NCBI GenBank assembly: GCA_965249275.1
Contig: CBDFLQ010000006.1
Span: 224,001-288,000, forward strand
Direction of reading: 5' to 3'
Origin: Dehalococcoidia bacterium
GTDB lineage: Bacteria; Chloroflexota; Dehalococcoidia; Plut-88900
DNA: 64,000 bases
The notes under the pieces were generated by a model. It saw only the letters and a program-made list of their open reading frames with translations, ran no database searches and was not told the DNA's origin. Shown piece after piece: positions 1 through 10,638 of this stretch (position 1 is its first letter; each line of letters opens with the position of its first letter). A program made the position numbers and the translations under genes.

Positions 1-1
1 T

Positions 2-307
2 CACCGAGCTAAACCCCGCCCCGATCCCGAGAAATGCCCTTCCACCTGACAGTTCATTCACTGTCGCCGTGCCATTCGCCGTCACTGATGGATGCCGCGT
101 GAACGGGTTTGTCACCCCATGCCCGATGTGAATCCGGTGCGTGTTTACTGCCGCCACAGTCATCATTGAATATACTTCCCGGCACAGGTTCTGCGAATCG
201 ATAAGGGTCATTTGCTTGAATCCGCAGTCCTCCGCAACCTGGGCGTGAGTAGCAACCTCATCAAGCCTCAGGTTCCGCCCCATGCCGACACTGAAATCGA
301 ATTTCAT
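2..307 (-). CDS. LLM-class (luciferase-like/Mer-like) flavin-dependent oxidoreductase, 5' part; runs off window start
   Basis: Manual translation from ATG at 307: MKFDFSVGMGRNLRLDEVATHAQVAEDCGF...RIHIGHGVTNPFTRHPSVTANGTATVNELSGGRAFLGIGAG, typical LLM N-terminus; GAGG RBS upstream. Confidence 0.85.
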   Translation of the reverse strand, partial: MKFDFSVGMGRNLRLDEVATHAQVAEDCGFKQMTLIDSQNLCREVYSMMTVAAVNTHRIHIGHGVTNPFTRHPSVTANGTATVNELSGGRAFLGIGAGFSSV

Positions 308-399
308 ATATTATTTCCTCTCTTTCATGACCCTTTCCTAAGGGCGGCATTACCCTATCAACCACCCTAATCCTGTGTCAACGCCATGCTCCTTTAATA

Positions 400-428
400 C
401 TGTCATTCCGAGGCTCCGAGAGGAATCT
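400..428 (+). repeat. Palindromic REP-like repeat family A (CTGTCATTCCGAGGCTCCGCGAGGAATCTA), copy 1
   Basis: Near-identical copies at 3956, 40835, 47233, 58725, 60274, 60909, 63211. Confidence 0.85.
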
Positions 429-540
429 CAAGCGTATGCCTACATCTCAGCTCCTATTGTTCGACTCACCGCCCTTGAACCAATATCCCCAGACGAGTAC
501 GATTGACCTCATACCCACCGACTACTAGGAGAACCCCCCA

Positions 541-1518
541 ATGGCCGTACCACCCCAAGGCGAACTCCACAGACCTCTACTGGAAATATCTGCAGAGGCC
601 AAGGAAGCCCTGTCGGCGAAGCAATTCCTCAACGAAATAGTCGTACGATTTTCGTTGACACCGGAAGACCTGAGCGAAATGATTCCATCAAGCTATCAGT
701 CTCGGATTTTGAACAGGGTGGTTTGGGGGCTTTATGAGTTAGCCAAGGCCGGATTACTTGAAAGACCCTCTAGTGGGCGTTATCAAATAACCACTACAGG
801 CCAGGACTATCTCAAGAAACATAGTGGCAAAATCACGACTTCCCAACTGAAGAAACTAGTAACCCAACATATGCACGAAGACTCTAGCTCTCCACTAACA
901 ATGCCTCCCAACCTCACCGCCACGGCCAGCACCCCGAACGATGACGACACTTCTCCCCAAGACAAAATCGACGCTGGATACCGCGAACTACGGGATAAGC
1001 TAGTCGACGATCTGCTGGACAGCATCTCCCAAATGTCCCCTGAAAGCTTCGAACGGCTGGTTGTGGACTTACTGCAAAAGATGGGTTACGGCAAAGGCCA
1101 GGTCGTGGGCAAAAGTGGTGACCGCGGTATAGATGGCATCATCAACCAAGATGCTCTGGGATTGGAAAAAGTCTACATACAGGCCAAGCGATGGAAAGGA
1201 CAAGTCAGTGAACCGGAAATTCGCAACTTCTCCGGCAGCTTAGACTTCCAGGGAGCCAGCAAGGGCGTCTTTGTTACTACTTCTCGATTCTCTGCAAAGG
1301 CTCGTGATACCGCTAAACAAAGCAAGTTAACCATCCGCCTCATAGACGGCCCGGAGTTGGCAAAGCTGATGATGGACTTCGAGGTAGGCGTAGTCACCCA
1401 ATATGCTTACAAAATCCAAGAACTCGACCAAAACTACTTCATAGATGCGGACCCTGATTTCTTAGATAGGGAAAGTCACTACATGGATATGTACAGTGAC
1501 TCATTCCAACCTCGCTGA
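541..1518 (+). CDS. mrr: Mrr-family (type IV) restriction endonuclease
   Basis: N-terminal winged-helix (NRVVWGLYELAKAGLLERPSSGRYQIT) and catalytic domain FERLVVDLLQKMGY...GDRGIDGII...YIQAKRW...KGVFVTTSRFS...LIDG. Confidence 0.9.
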   Translation: MAVPPQGELHRPLLEISAEAKEALSAKQFLNEIVVRFSLTPEDLSEMIPSSYQSRILNRVVWGLYELAKAGLLERPSSGRYQITTTGQDYLKKHSGKITTSQLKKLVTQHMHEDSSSPLTMPPNLTATASTPNDDDTSPQDKIDAGYRELRDKLVDDLLDSISQMSPESFERLVVDLLQKMGYGKGQVVGKSGDRGIDGIINQDALGLEKVYIQAKRWKGQVSEPEIRNFSGSLDFQGASKGVFVTTSRFSAKARDTAKQSKLTIRLIDGPELAKLMMDFEVGVVTQYAYKIQELDQNYFIDADPDFLDRESHYMDMYSDSFQPR

Positions 1519-1613
1519 GTGTTTACAGTAATGGAACACAATCCCGAAGAGACATGGTAAGCCTCCCCCTCTGATATACTCCCCCCAACCCCCACCCCAA
1601 CGGACATCACACC

Positions 1614-2768
1614 ATGAAATTCGGATACTTCGACACCCGGGTTGACCCCGGCGGCGACCGCCACTATCACCAACTCCTCGACGACCTTCGAGAGGAAGTC
1701 GTCCTCTGCGAACAGGCCGGTTTCCACTCCGCCTGGGTCGGCGAGCACCACATGGGCCCCGAGGGTATGGACCAGCTTCCCAACCCCGTCCTGATGTGCG
1801 CCGACCTCGCCTGCCGCACCAGCCGAATCCGACTCGGCCAGGGCGCCAACCTCTTGCCCTATTGGCACCCCATCCGCCTCGCCGAGGACATCGCCATGCT
1901 GGACCAGATGACCAAAGGCCGCATCGACGTGGCCATTGGCCGAGGTGTCCGTTCCCGGGAGGGCTCCGTCTTCCACCCCAAGTCCGACCCCGCCAACCCC
2001 GAGGCCAACCGCGAGCTCTTCGAAGAGACCATCGATGTCCTCATTAACTCTTGGACCAACGAGTTCTTCTCTCATAAGGGTCCCAACTACACCTTCCCCG
2101 CACCGGGCATCCACTGGAACCACCCCCTGAGCCCTCCAGACCCCCGGTGGTCCGAAGGTGATCTCGTCACGAAGTTGCAAATGCTTCCCAAGCCCTACCA
2201 GAAGCCCCACCCGCCCCTCTGGCAAGTCACCGACAGCGATCGCTCCATAGCCTTCGCCGCCGAGAGAGGCATGAAGGTCATCAACTGGCAGCCTACACCG
2301 GCGCTACTCACGAAGAAGTTCCAGCTTTACGCCGAGACCCGTTCCCGCGCCGAAGGCCGCACCTTCGCCTCAGGAGAGGGTATGGCGCTCATGCGAACAA
2401 CTTACATAGCCCCCACAATGGAGGAGGCCCGCAGAGACGCCGAGGCCGGGATGTTGATGACCTTCCGCTGGACCCAGAACCGCCGACCCCTCATCAACTT
2501 CATGAATCCCGGCGAAGAAGTCCGCCCCGACATGGCACTGGACTGGGACCTGCTGTTTGGAAGAAACCTGCTGATCGGCACCCCGGAATACGTCGTCGAA
2601 AAGCTGGAAGAGCTTCAGGAGACCATCGGGCTGCAGGAGCTTATGACTTACATGGCCATGCCCTACATAGCCCATTCCAAGGTCATGCGCAGCATCGATC
2701 TCTTCGCCGACAAGGTCATGCCCCACTTCCAAAAGGCAGCAGCCCCCCAACCCATCCACGCCTCGTAA
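1614..2768 (+). CDS. LLM-class flavin-dependent monooxygenase (luciferase-like)
   Basis: GFHSAWVGEHH, HPIRLAEDIAMLDQMTKGR, PKPYQKPHPPLW, LFADKVMPHF motifs. Confidence 0.9.
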   Translation: MKFGYFDTRVDPGGDRHYHQLLDDLREEVVLCEQAGFHSAWVGEHHMGPEGMDQLPNPVLMCADLACRTSRIRLGQGANLLPYWHPIRLAEDIAMLDQMTKGRIDVAIGRGVRSREGSVFHPKSDPANPEANRELFEETIDVLINSWTNEFFSHKGPNYTFPAPGIHWNHPLSPPDPRWSEGDLVTKLQMLPKPYQKPHPPLWQVTDSDRSIAFAAERGMKVINWQPTPALLTKKFQLYAETRSRAEGRTFASGEGMALMRTTYIAPTMEEARRDAEAGMLMTFRWTQNRRPLINFMNPGEEVRPDMALDWDLLFGRNLLIGTPEYVVEKLEELQETIGLQELMTYMAMPYIAHSKVMRSIDLFADKVMPHFQKAAAPQPIHAS

Positions 2769-2841
2769 CCTTCCCTCCACTAATGCCCTGCTATGCGACT
2801 TTTGCATTACCCTTCTCAAGGGGCAAAGGGGAAGATCATAT

Positions 2842-2901
2842 CCCCTCTCCGTCGATGGGTCGAAGATGCGCCGAGGCGTAAGAGGGGCTAGGGTGAGGGT
2901 G
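2842..2901 (+). repeat. Host palindrome family D (CCCCTCTCCC-TCGAT-GGGAGAGGG-CTAGGGTGAGGG) without the TIR element, carrying a 21-nt insertion at 2860-2880
   Basis: Comparison with copies at 50052, 46985, 36648, 53637, 16757. Confidence 0.7.
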
Positions 2902-2987
2902 ATCCCAGTATTTCACTGAACATCGTAAGCTGCTAAATAGCCTGGTGTTCACGCATTCCCATTACCACCACCCCCAAGGAGACCCGA

Positions 2988-3920
2988 TTGAAAATCTTCG
3001 TTTCCGGCTCCCTCGCCTACGACCGTATCATGGACTTCTCGGGCCGCTTCTCCGATCACATCATGCCCGACAAGCTCCACATGATTAACATCAGCTTCGC
3101 CGTCAACGGCATAGTAGAAAGGCCGGGTGGCACCGCTGGGAACATCGCCTACGCTCTCCGGCTACTGGGTGAAGACCCGACAATCGTCGCCGCCATCGGC
3201 CGTGACTGCAAGGGTTACTTTCAATGGCTGGACGACAAGGGCATCGACCGCAGTGCCGTCCACGTCGTCGAGGAAGAAGCCACCGCCTGCGCCCACATCA
3301 TCACCGACATGGCCGACAACCAGATCACCGCCTTCAACCCCGGCGCCATGAAACACCCCTCCCCCTTCCCCTCCGAGGCCATAGATCCCGCCCACAGTAT
3401 TGCCATCATTGGCCCAGGCAACCTGGACGACATGGTCGATCTTCCTCAAAGGTTCCGTGACCAGGGCGTCCGGTTCATCTTCGACCCCGGCCAGTCCCTC
3501 CCCATTTGGGACCCTAAACCCTTGGCCCGAGCCATTGAAGGTTCCCATATCTTGATCTCTAATGACTATGAGCTGGCCCTAATCAAGGAGAAAACCGGAT
3601 TAACAGACGATGCCTTGCTCCGCCTCACCAACACCATAATCACCACCAAGGGTGGGCAGGGCTCTGTAATAGTGACCGATGAGGGCGAGACATCGGTCCC
3701 CGCCATCCCCCGCCCCGACACCCTCGTAGACCCCACCGGTGCCGGTGATGCCTACCGAGGTGGACTCATCAAAGGCCTGGTAACCGGACAGTCTCTCGAA
3801 CAATCCTGCCGGTTAGGTACCACTTGCGCCTCCTTCGCCATAGAGGTGCAAGGTACTCAGGAGTACTCCTTCACCCCTGTAGAGTTTGACAAACGCTTCG
3901 CGGAGTACTTACCCCGCTAG
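2988..3920 (+). CDS. PfkB-family carbohydrate/nucleoside (adenosine-kinase-like) kinase
   Basis: GSLAYD, GGTAGNIAY and C-terminal DPTGAGDAYRGG signature; TTG start with AAGGAG RBS. Confidence 0.85.
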   Translation: MKIFVSGSLAYDRIMDFSGRFSDHIMPDKLHMINISFAVNGIVERPGGTAGNIAYALRLLGEDPTIVAAIGRDCKGYFQWLDDKGIDRSAVHVVEEEATACAHIITDMADNQITAFNPGAMKHPSPFPSEAIDPAHSIAIIGPGNLDDMVDLPQRFRDQGVRFIFDPGQSLPIWDPKPLARAIEGSHILISNDYELALIKEKTGLTDDALLRLTNTIITTKGGQGSVIVTDEGETSVPAIPRPDTLVDPTGAGDAYRGGLIKGLVTGQSLEQSCRLGTTCASFAIEVQGTQEYSFTPVEFDKRFAEYLPR

Positions 3921-3955
3921 GATCAATGTTCTTCCTAGCCCTCCACCATTTTCCG

Positions 3956-3984
3956 TGCCATTCCGAGGCTCCGCGAGGAATCTA
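3956..3984 (+). repeat. Family A REP-like repeat, copy 2
   Basis: TGCCATTCCGAGGCTCCGCGAGGAATCTA between convergent genes. Confidence 0.85.
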
Positions 3985-4102
3985 GGGCGCGTCTACTCAG
4001 CCTTCGTATTTAATAAGACTATCGCGCCTCTCCGTCCCCAAGCCTTGCGGTGCCTAGTCCGCAAGCTGAGCACGGGAAGCTATCCACAAAAGGGACCTTG
4101 AG

Positions 4103-5089
<987 letters not shown>

Positions 5090-5208
5090 TTAAGAGCGCG
5101 GTCATACTGGGTCCTTGATTAAACCCTTGCCCCAGTCCTCTGGCCGACACTCAGTCAAGCCTAGCCGGGAATTTATTTACCGTTTTGTATAGGGAGCTTG
5201 GCCTTTGC

Positions 5209-6411
5209 CTAGGCGTATACCAGCTTCTCCCACTTAGCATCCAGATCGGGATCGTTAACCGTAGACACCAGGTACTCCCCGAACTCCTTGCCCGTGGCCC
5301 CCGTGTCCCGGCCAGTCATCACAAGCCTGCGTTCGTACTGGCCGCAAACGTCCAGCGCCTTGGTGAGTTTCTGACCGAGTTCCTGGTACCCGATGTGCTC
5401 CATCAGCATCGCCCCTGCCCGGATCATCGAGCTCGGGTCAGCGTACTTCGCCCGGCCTGTTTTCACCATCCTCGGCGCGCTCCCGTGGATCGCCTCGAAC
5501 ATCGCGTACTCATCCCCAACGTTCGCACTCCCCGCCGTCCCGACTCCTCCCTGCATCTCCGCCGCCTCGTCCGTCAGGATGTCACCGTAAAGGTTCGGCA
5601 GCACGAGGACCTGGAAGCTCTTGCGTCGTTTCGGGTCGATCAGCTTGGCCGTCATGATGTCGATGTACCAGCCCTCCCAATCGATGTCCGGATAGTCTGC
5701 TGCGACCTCTCGGGCCATGTCCAGGAATTTGCCGTCCGTCGTCTTCACGACGTTGGCCTTGGTTACGACAGTAACGCTGTTCTTACCGTTATCCTTCGCG
5801 TACCTGAACGCCTTATCTATAATGCGCCGGGACCCGGGGCTGGTGATCACCTTGAAGTCAACCGCCAGGTCGTCGGTTACGTTCACCCCTTGCGTCCCCA
5901 CCGCGTACATGTCCTCCGTGTTTTCCCGGAAGAAAGTCCAGTCGATGCCCTCCTTGGGAATGCGCACGGGCCTGATGTTGGCGTACAGGTCCAGCTCCTT
6001 CCTCATCCCCACGTTGCAGCTCTCGATGTTGGGCCACTCGTCGCCCTTTTCAGGGGTGGTGGTGGGTCCTTTGAGCGTGACGTGGCACTCCTTGATCGCC
6101 GCCAGCACGTCATCGGGTATTGCCTTTAGGTGCGCCGCCCTATTCTCGATCGTCAGTCCTTCAAGTACCCGGAACTCCACCTTGCCCGCAGCAACCGCAT
6201 CGGCCAGCAGTGTTTCTAGGACACGCTCGGCTTCTTCAGCTATGAATGGCCCGATCCCGTCGCCTCCCAATATCCCGATTACTACCTTGTCCAGCTTCGT
6301 ATAGTCCGTCACAACGGATTGTTTCTTTATTCGCTCTATTCGAGCAAGTTGCTCCTCCAGCATCACCGCGAATTGCACCTGCGCCTTCGCTATGGCATCT
6401 GAGTTCGTCAA
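5209..6411 (-). CDS. icd: Isocitrate/isopropylmalate dehydrogenase family protein (probably isocitrate dehydrogenase)
   Basis: GDGIGP, LKGPTTTP, FRENTED, PNLYGDILTD, FEAIHGSAP; adjacent to mdh. Confidence 0.75.
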   Translation of the reverse strand: MTNSDAIAKAQVQFAVMLEEQLARIERIKKQSVVTDYTKLDKVVIGILGGDGIGPFIAEEAERVLETLLADAVAAGKVEFRVLEGLTIENRAAHLKAIPDDVLAAIKECHVTLKGPTTTPEKGDEWPNIESCNVGMRKELDLYANIRPVRIPKEGIDWTFFRENTEDMYAVGTQGVNVTDDLAVDFKVITSPGSRRIIDKAFRYAKDNGKNSVTVVTKANVVKTTDGKFLDMAREVAADYPDIDWEGWYIDIMTAKLIDPKRRKSFQVLVLPNLYGDILTDEAAEMQGGVGTAGSANVGDEYAMFEAIHGSAPRMVKTGRAKYADPSSMIRAGAMLMEHIGYQELGQKLTKALDVCGQYERRLVMTGRDTGATGKEFGEYLVSTVNDPDLDAKWEKLVYA

Positions 6412-6496
6412 AATCTTCTCCCCTTCTTCTATTGGGTGGCCCCTTCTGATTTCAGTTACCGAATTGGTAGTGTTTTCCCTGCTCTCCGTCCTGGAT

Positions 6497-8902
6497 TCAA
6501 CCTATCAACGCCAGCACTTCACCCTTGCTGACCACCTGGCCCGGATTGCATGGGAGAGATAACGCCTTGCCGTCCGTCGGGGCAGGAAGAGAGTTCTCCA
6601 TCTTCATAGTCTCGATAAGAATAACTCCCTCTCCTGCCTTTACCTCCGCCCCCTCTTCTACTAGGTACCTGATTACAGTCCCTGGCATCGGCGCCACTAT
6701 AGCCGTCCCCTCCCCCGAGTCCCCCGCCGCGGGTTCCTGGGTTGGGGCCGGAGTAGCAGCAGGTCTCGCTGGCGGCGGAATTGGCGGAACGCTCGCTCTG
6801 GAAGCCGGAGGGGGCAGTGGAGCACGCGTCGGAGCTGGTGCTGGTGGTGGAGGCGCCGAGGCCACTGGTGGCGGCGTAGCAGTCGCAGCCTGCCCGGACC
6901 CTTCAATTACCACCAATACCTCTCCCTTCCCCACGGCTTGCCCTGGCTGACAGGGAAGAGACGTTATCTTGCCATCGACAGGCGACGGCAGCGAGTTCTC
7001 CATTTTCATGGTCTCTATCAAGACCACGGCCTCCCCTGTCTTTACATCCGCTCCTTCGTCCACCAGGTATCTGATCACGGTTCCTGGCATCGGAGACACT
7101 ATGTTAGCCGAGCCTCCCGGCCCTGCTGAAACTCCTGCTGTTGGCGCAGGAGTAGGCGCAGCAACGGGTTGCCGAGCTGCAACGGGCCTTGGCGGTGAAG
7201 CGGAACGAGCCGGGCTTGAGGTTGGTGGTGGGGGAGCTTGGGGCCGCAATCTGCTCGGGGGAGCCGGCACGGCTGCTATGCCCACCGATCCCTCTGAATG
7301 TGGCTCAACGTCGACTCGAAATTCCTCGTCGTCGACCCATACGGTAAATGATCGCCGGCCTCGTGCCCGAGTTCCGGCCTCACTGCCTTGCGATACCAAC
7401 TTACCCTCCTTGGCTTCCCTTATTAGCCTATCTTCATCTTTTACTTCTTCCAGCGTCCTCGCCCTAACCGAGACAGGAATCTCGTCGATCCCGTATTTCC
7501 ACTTCAGGAACTGTTTCCCAGTGGAGGGAAACAGTGCATAGGTTAGTATATCTTCTTGGCTCTTGGCTATCTCCCCCACGTCCTTTTTTGCCTTTTCCAT
7601 CTCGTCGTCCAGATCGTCCGCCGGACGGCCCGTCACGGGAGTCTGGCCCTTGGGATAATCCTTAAGTATGAGGGCTGTCAGGTCGGGGTCTATCGGCGCA
7701 GGCGGCCTGCCGTAAAGACCATAAACGTAGTCCTTGACCTGGGTGGAGATCGACTTGTACCGACCCAGCAGCACGTTCTGCACCGCCTGGCTCCCGATTA
7801 TCTGGCTGGTCGGGGTTACCAGCGGCGGATACCCGAGGTCTGCCCTCGTCCTGGCCAACTCTTCCTGCACTTCTCCCAGCCTGTCCAGCGCGTTCAGCTG
7901 CTTCAGCTGGGACTCCAGATTACTGAGCATTCCTCCCGGCACCTGGTGGCGGATCACCGAAGAGTCCACTACTGACAACTTGTCGACACGCAGGTACTCC
8001 CGGTACTTCGGAAACACAGACTCCAGGTGCTCACACACATCTTGACCCTCCGCCATGTCCAGTTCGGGAGATCGTTCGGTCCCGTGAAGCGCCGCCAGCA
8101 TTGACTCCGTCGATGGGTGCGACGATCGCATCGCTAACGGCGAAAGTGAAGTGTCCAGCACGTCCACTCCTGCCTCAATCGCTTTAAGGGCTGCCATGGA
8201 GGCCATTCCGCTCGTGTGGTGACTGTGCAGTTGGATCGGCACGTCCAGATTGGCCTTGAGTGCCTTGACCAGATCAAATGCGTCATAGGGCCCGAGCAGA
8301 CCGCTCATATCCTTGATGCAAACGCTGTCTGCACCCATCTCTTGCAGCTTCTTGCCCATTTCCACGTAGTAGTCCAGCGTATACACCGGCCCCCCGAGCC
8401 GCGCCTCGGTGATTGTGTAGCTCATCGCCCCTTGTATGTGCTTCCCTGCCTCCTTTATCGCAGCAAAGGAGGTTTCCATGTTTCGCGCGTCATTCAGCGC
8501 ATCGAATACTCTGAATATGTCAATCCCCGCCTCCGCTGACGCGAGAATAAACGCCCTTACCACGTCATCGGGATAGTTCCGGTATCCAACAAGGTTCTGC
8601 CCCCGAAGAAGCATCTGCAGTGGCGTCTTCGGCGCTAAGCGCTTGAAAGTCTTCAGCCGCTCCCACGGGTCCTCATTCAGAAACCTGTGAGCCACGTCAA
8701 AGGTCGCCCCGCCCCACACCTCCAGCGAGTGGAAACCCATGTCGTCCAGCTTCCCGATGATCGGCTCCATGTCCTCAGTCCGCAGCCTCGTCGCAAGGAT
8801 CGACTGGTGACCGTCGCGTAGGGTGACATCCGTTACGCGCAGGGGGACATTGCCATTTACTGTCGCTTCTTCAGACATTGACTGGTCAGATGCAGAGGTC
8901 AC
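6497..8902 (-). CDS. Pyruvate carboxyltransferase (PycB/OadA/transcarboxylase 5S-like) fused to two biotinyl-carrier domains
   Basis: LRDGHQS, EVWGGATFD, QMLLRGQN, IKDMSG, HSHHTSG, HQVPGGM, PPLVTPTSQI; two C-terminal PMPG...ETMKMEN domains joined by Pro/Ala linkers. Confidence 0.9.
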   Translation of the reverse strand: MTSASDQSMSEEATVNGNVPLRVTDVTLRDGHQSILATRLRTEDMEPIIGKLDDMGFHSLEVWGGATFDVAHRFLNEDPWERLKTFKRLAPKTPLQMLLRGQNLVGYRNYPDDVVRAFILASAEAGIDIFRVFDALNDARNMETSFAAIKEAGKHIQGAMSYTITEARLGGPVYTLDYYVEMGKKLQEMGADSVCIKDMSGLLGPYDAFDLVKALKANLDVPIQLHSHHTSGMASMAALKAIEAGVDVLDTSLSPLAMRSSHPSTESMLAALHGTERSPELDMAEGQDVCEHLESVFPKYREYLRVDKLSVVDSSVIRHQVPGGMLSNLESQLKQLNALDRLGEVQEELARTRADLGYPPLVTPTSQIIGSQAVQNVLLGRYKSISTQVKDYVYGLYGRPPAPIDPDLTALILKDYPKGQTPVTGRPADDLDDEMEKAKKDVGEIAKSQEDILTYALFPSTGKQFLKWKYGIDEIPVSVRARTLEEVKDEDRLIREAKEGKLVSQGSEAGTRARGRRSFTVWVDDEEFRVDVEPHSEGSVGIAAVPAPPSRLRPQAPPPPTSSPARSASPPRPVAARQPVAAPTPAPTAGVSAGPGGSANIVSPMPGTVIRYLVDEGADVKTGEAVVLIETMKMENSLPSPVDGKITSLPCQPGQAVGKGEVLVVIEGSGQAATATPPPVASAPPPPAPAPTRAPLPPPASRASVPPIPPPARPAATPAPTQEPAAGDSGEGTAIVAPMPGTVIRYLVEEGAEVKAGEGVILIETMKMENSLPAPTDGKALSLPCNPGQVVSKGEVLALIG

Positions 8903-10449
8903 AAGGGTATGTTCCCGTGTTTCCTGGCGGGCGGCTCCTCTTCCTTGTGTCTGAGCATTTGCAGGGCGGCTATCAGCTTGGGCCTGGTCTCGGCAGGGTC
9001 GATTATCTCGTCCACAAACCCCCGAGACGAAGCCTGGTACGGGTTGCTGAAGTTCTCCTCGTAGTCCCGTATAAGCTGCGCCCGGGTCTCATCCGGCGTG
9101 TCCGATGCCCGGATCTCGTTCCGGGAGATGATGTTCACTGCCCCGCTTGCACCCATCACCGCTATCTCCGCCGAGGGCCAAGCGTAGTTTATATCCCCGC
9201 CCACGTGCTTGCTGCTCATCACTATGTAGGCCCCGCCGTAAGCCTTCCGGGTGATCACAGTCACCTTGGGCACCGTTGCCTCTGAATAGGCGAAGATCAG
9301 CTTTGCGCCATGTTTTATTATCCCGCCGTACTCCTGCTCCGTGCCCGGCATGAATCCCGGCACGTCTACGAAGGTAACCAGCGGTATCGAAAAAGCGTCA
9401 CAGAACCGCACGAACCGGGCCCCCTTCAACGATGCCGCTATGTCTATCACCCCTGCGAGATGGGACGGCTGCTGCGCCACAATCCCAACCACCTGTCCGT
9501 TCATCCGCCCAAACCCGACCACCATGTTCGGAGCATACAGCGCTGCAACTTCCAGAAAGTTTCCGTAATCTACGATCCGCTCAATGATCCCCTTAACGTC
9601 GTATGGCTTGGCGGAGTCCTGCGGTGCGGCTTCTCTGAGCCACTCGTCGATCTGGCCCGGGTCCCCGGAGTATGTTGCCTCCGGAGGCTCATCCTCGAAA
9701 CTGGAGGGCAGGAAACCGAGAAGTCGGCGTACCCCGTCCAGGCACTCCTTTTCGGTTCCAAACATGAACTGGGCCACCCCGCTCTTCGATGCATTCGCAT
9801 AGGCCCCTCCCAGCTCTTCATGCGTCACCACTTCGCCCGTCACCGCCTTTACGACGTCCGGGCCCGTGATATACATCTGCCCGATCCCCTCCACCATGAA
9901 AGTGAAGTCGGTTATCGCCGGCGAATATACTGCACCTCCTGCAGCGGGTCCGACGATGACGGATATTTGAGGTATCACCCCCGAGGCCTGCGTATTCCTG
10001 TAAAGAATGTCTCCCACCGCCTTGAGGCTGATCACACCTTCCTGGATACGCGCTCCTCCCGAGTCGTTGATGGCTATGAGAGGCGCCCGAGTCTTGACTG
10101 CCAGGTCCATCGCCTTGCAGGTCTTCTCCCCCACCGCCTCCGACACTGACCCTCCGAATACAGTGAAGTCCTGGGAGCATACGAAGACGGTACGGCCATC
10201 CACTTTGCCATAGCCTGTAACTATGGCGTCTCCCATGAAGATCCGCTTCTGCAGCCCGAAGTCCGTAGCCCGGTGCGTAACAAAAGGGTCGAGTTCGTTG
10301 AAGGTACCGGGATCCAGCAGGAGGTCTATCCGCTCCCGAGCCGTCAGCTTACCCTTGGTATGCTGGCGTTCAATAGAATTCAGCCCGCCGCCAAGCCTGC
10401 TCTGGTCTCTAAGCTTGACCAGTTTTTCCAGCTTGTCGTTGGGTGTCAT
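8899..10449 (-). CDS. Acyl-CoA carboxyltransferase (PccB/methylmalonyl-CoA carboxyltransferase 12S-like)
   Basis: KLTARERI, QDFTVFGGS, DSGGARIQEG, DVPGFMPG, RKAYGGAY, KHGNIPL; stop overlaps next start (GTGA). Confidence 0.92.
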   Translation of the reverse strand: MTPNDKLEKLVKLRDQSRLGGGLNSIERQHTKGKLTARERIDLLLDPGTFNELDPFVTHRATDFGLQKRIFMGDAIVTGYGKVDGRTVFVCSQDFTVFGGSVSEAVGEKTCKAMDLAVKTRAPLIAINDSGGARIQEGVISLKAVGDILYRNTQASGVIPQISVIVGPAAGGAVYSPAITDFTFMVEGIGQMYITGPDVVKAVTGEVVTHEELGGAYANASKSGVAQFMFGTEKECLDGVRRLLGFLPSSFEDEPPEATYSGDPGQIDEWLREAAPQDSAKPYDVKGIIERIVDYGNFLEVAALYAPNMVVGFGRMNGQVVGIVAQQPSHLAGVIDIAASLKGARFVRFCDAFSIPLVTFVDVPGFMPGTEQEYGGIIKHGAKLIFAYSEATVPKVTVITRKAYGGAYIVMSSKHVGGDINYAWPSAEIAVMGASGAVNIISRNEIRASDTPDETRAQLIRDYEENFSNPYQASSRGFVDEIIDPAETRPKLIAALQMLRHKEEEPPARKHGNIPL

Positions 10450-10638
10450 TCCTGTAGGGGAAGTCGCCGGGGAAGACTCAAAAGCTGCATCGCGATTGGG
10501 GTTTGCCGAACGCTCTCAGTCATCCATCCGGCTGCCGAATGCTACCAGAATATCCCTACCCACACAACCTGAATGCCTCCATCTACATCAGGTGCTAAAA
10601 TTAGATAAGGCCACAAACACTGCATTCAATTCCCGCAT

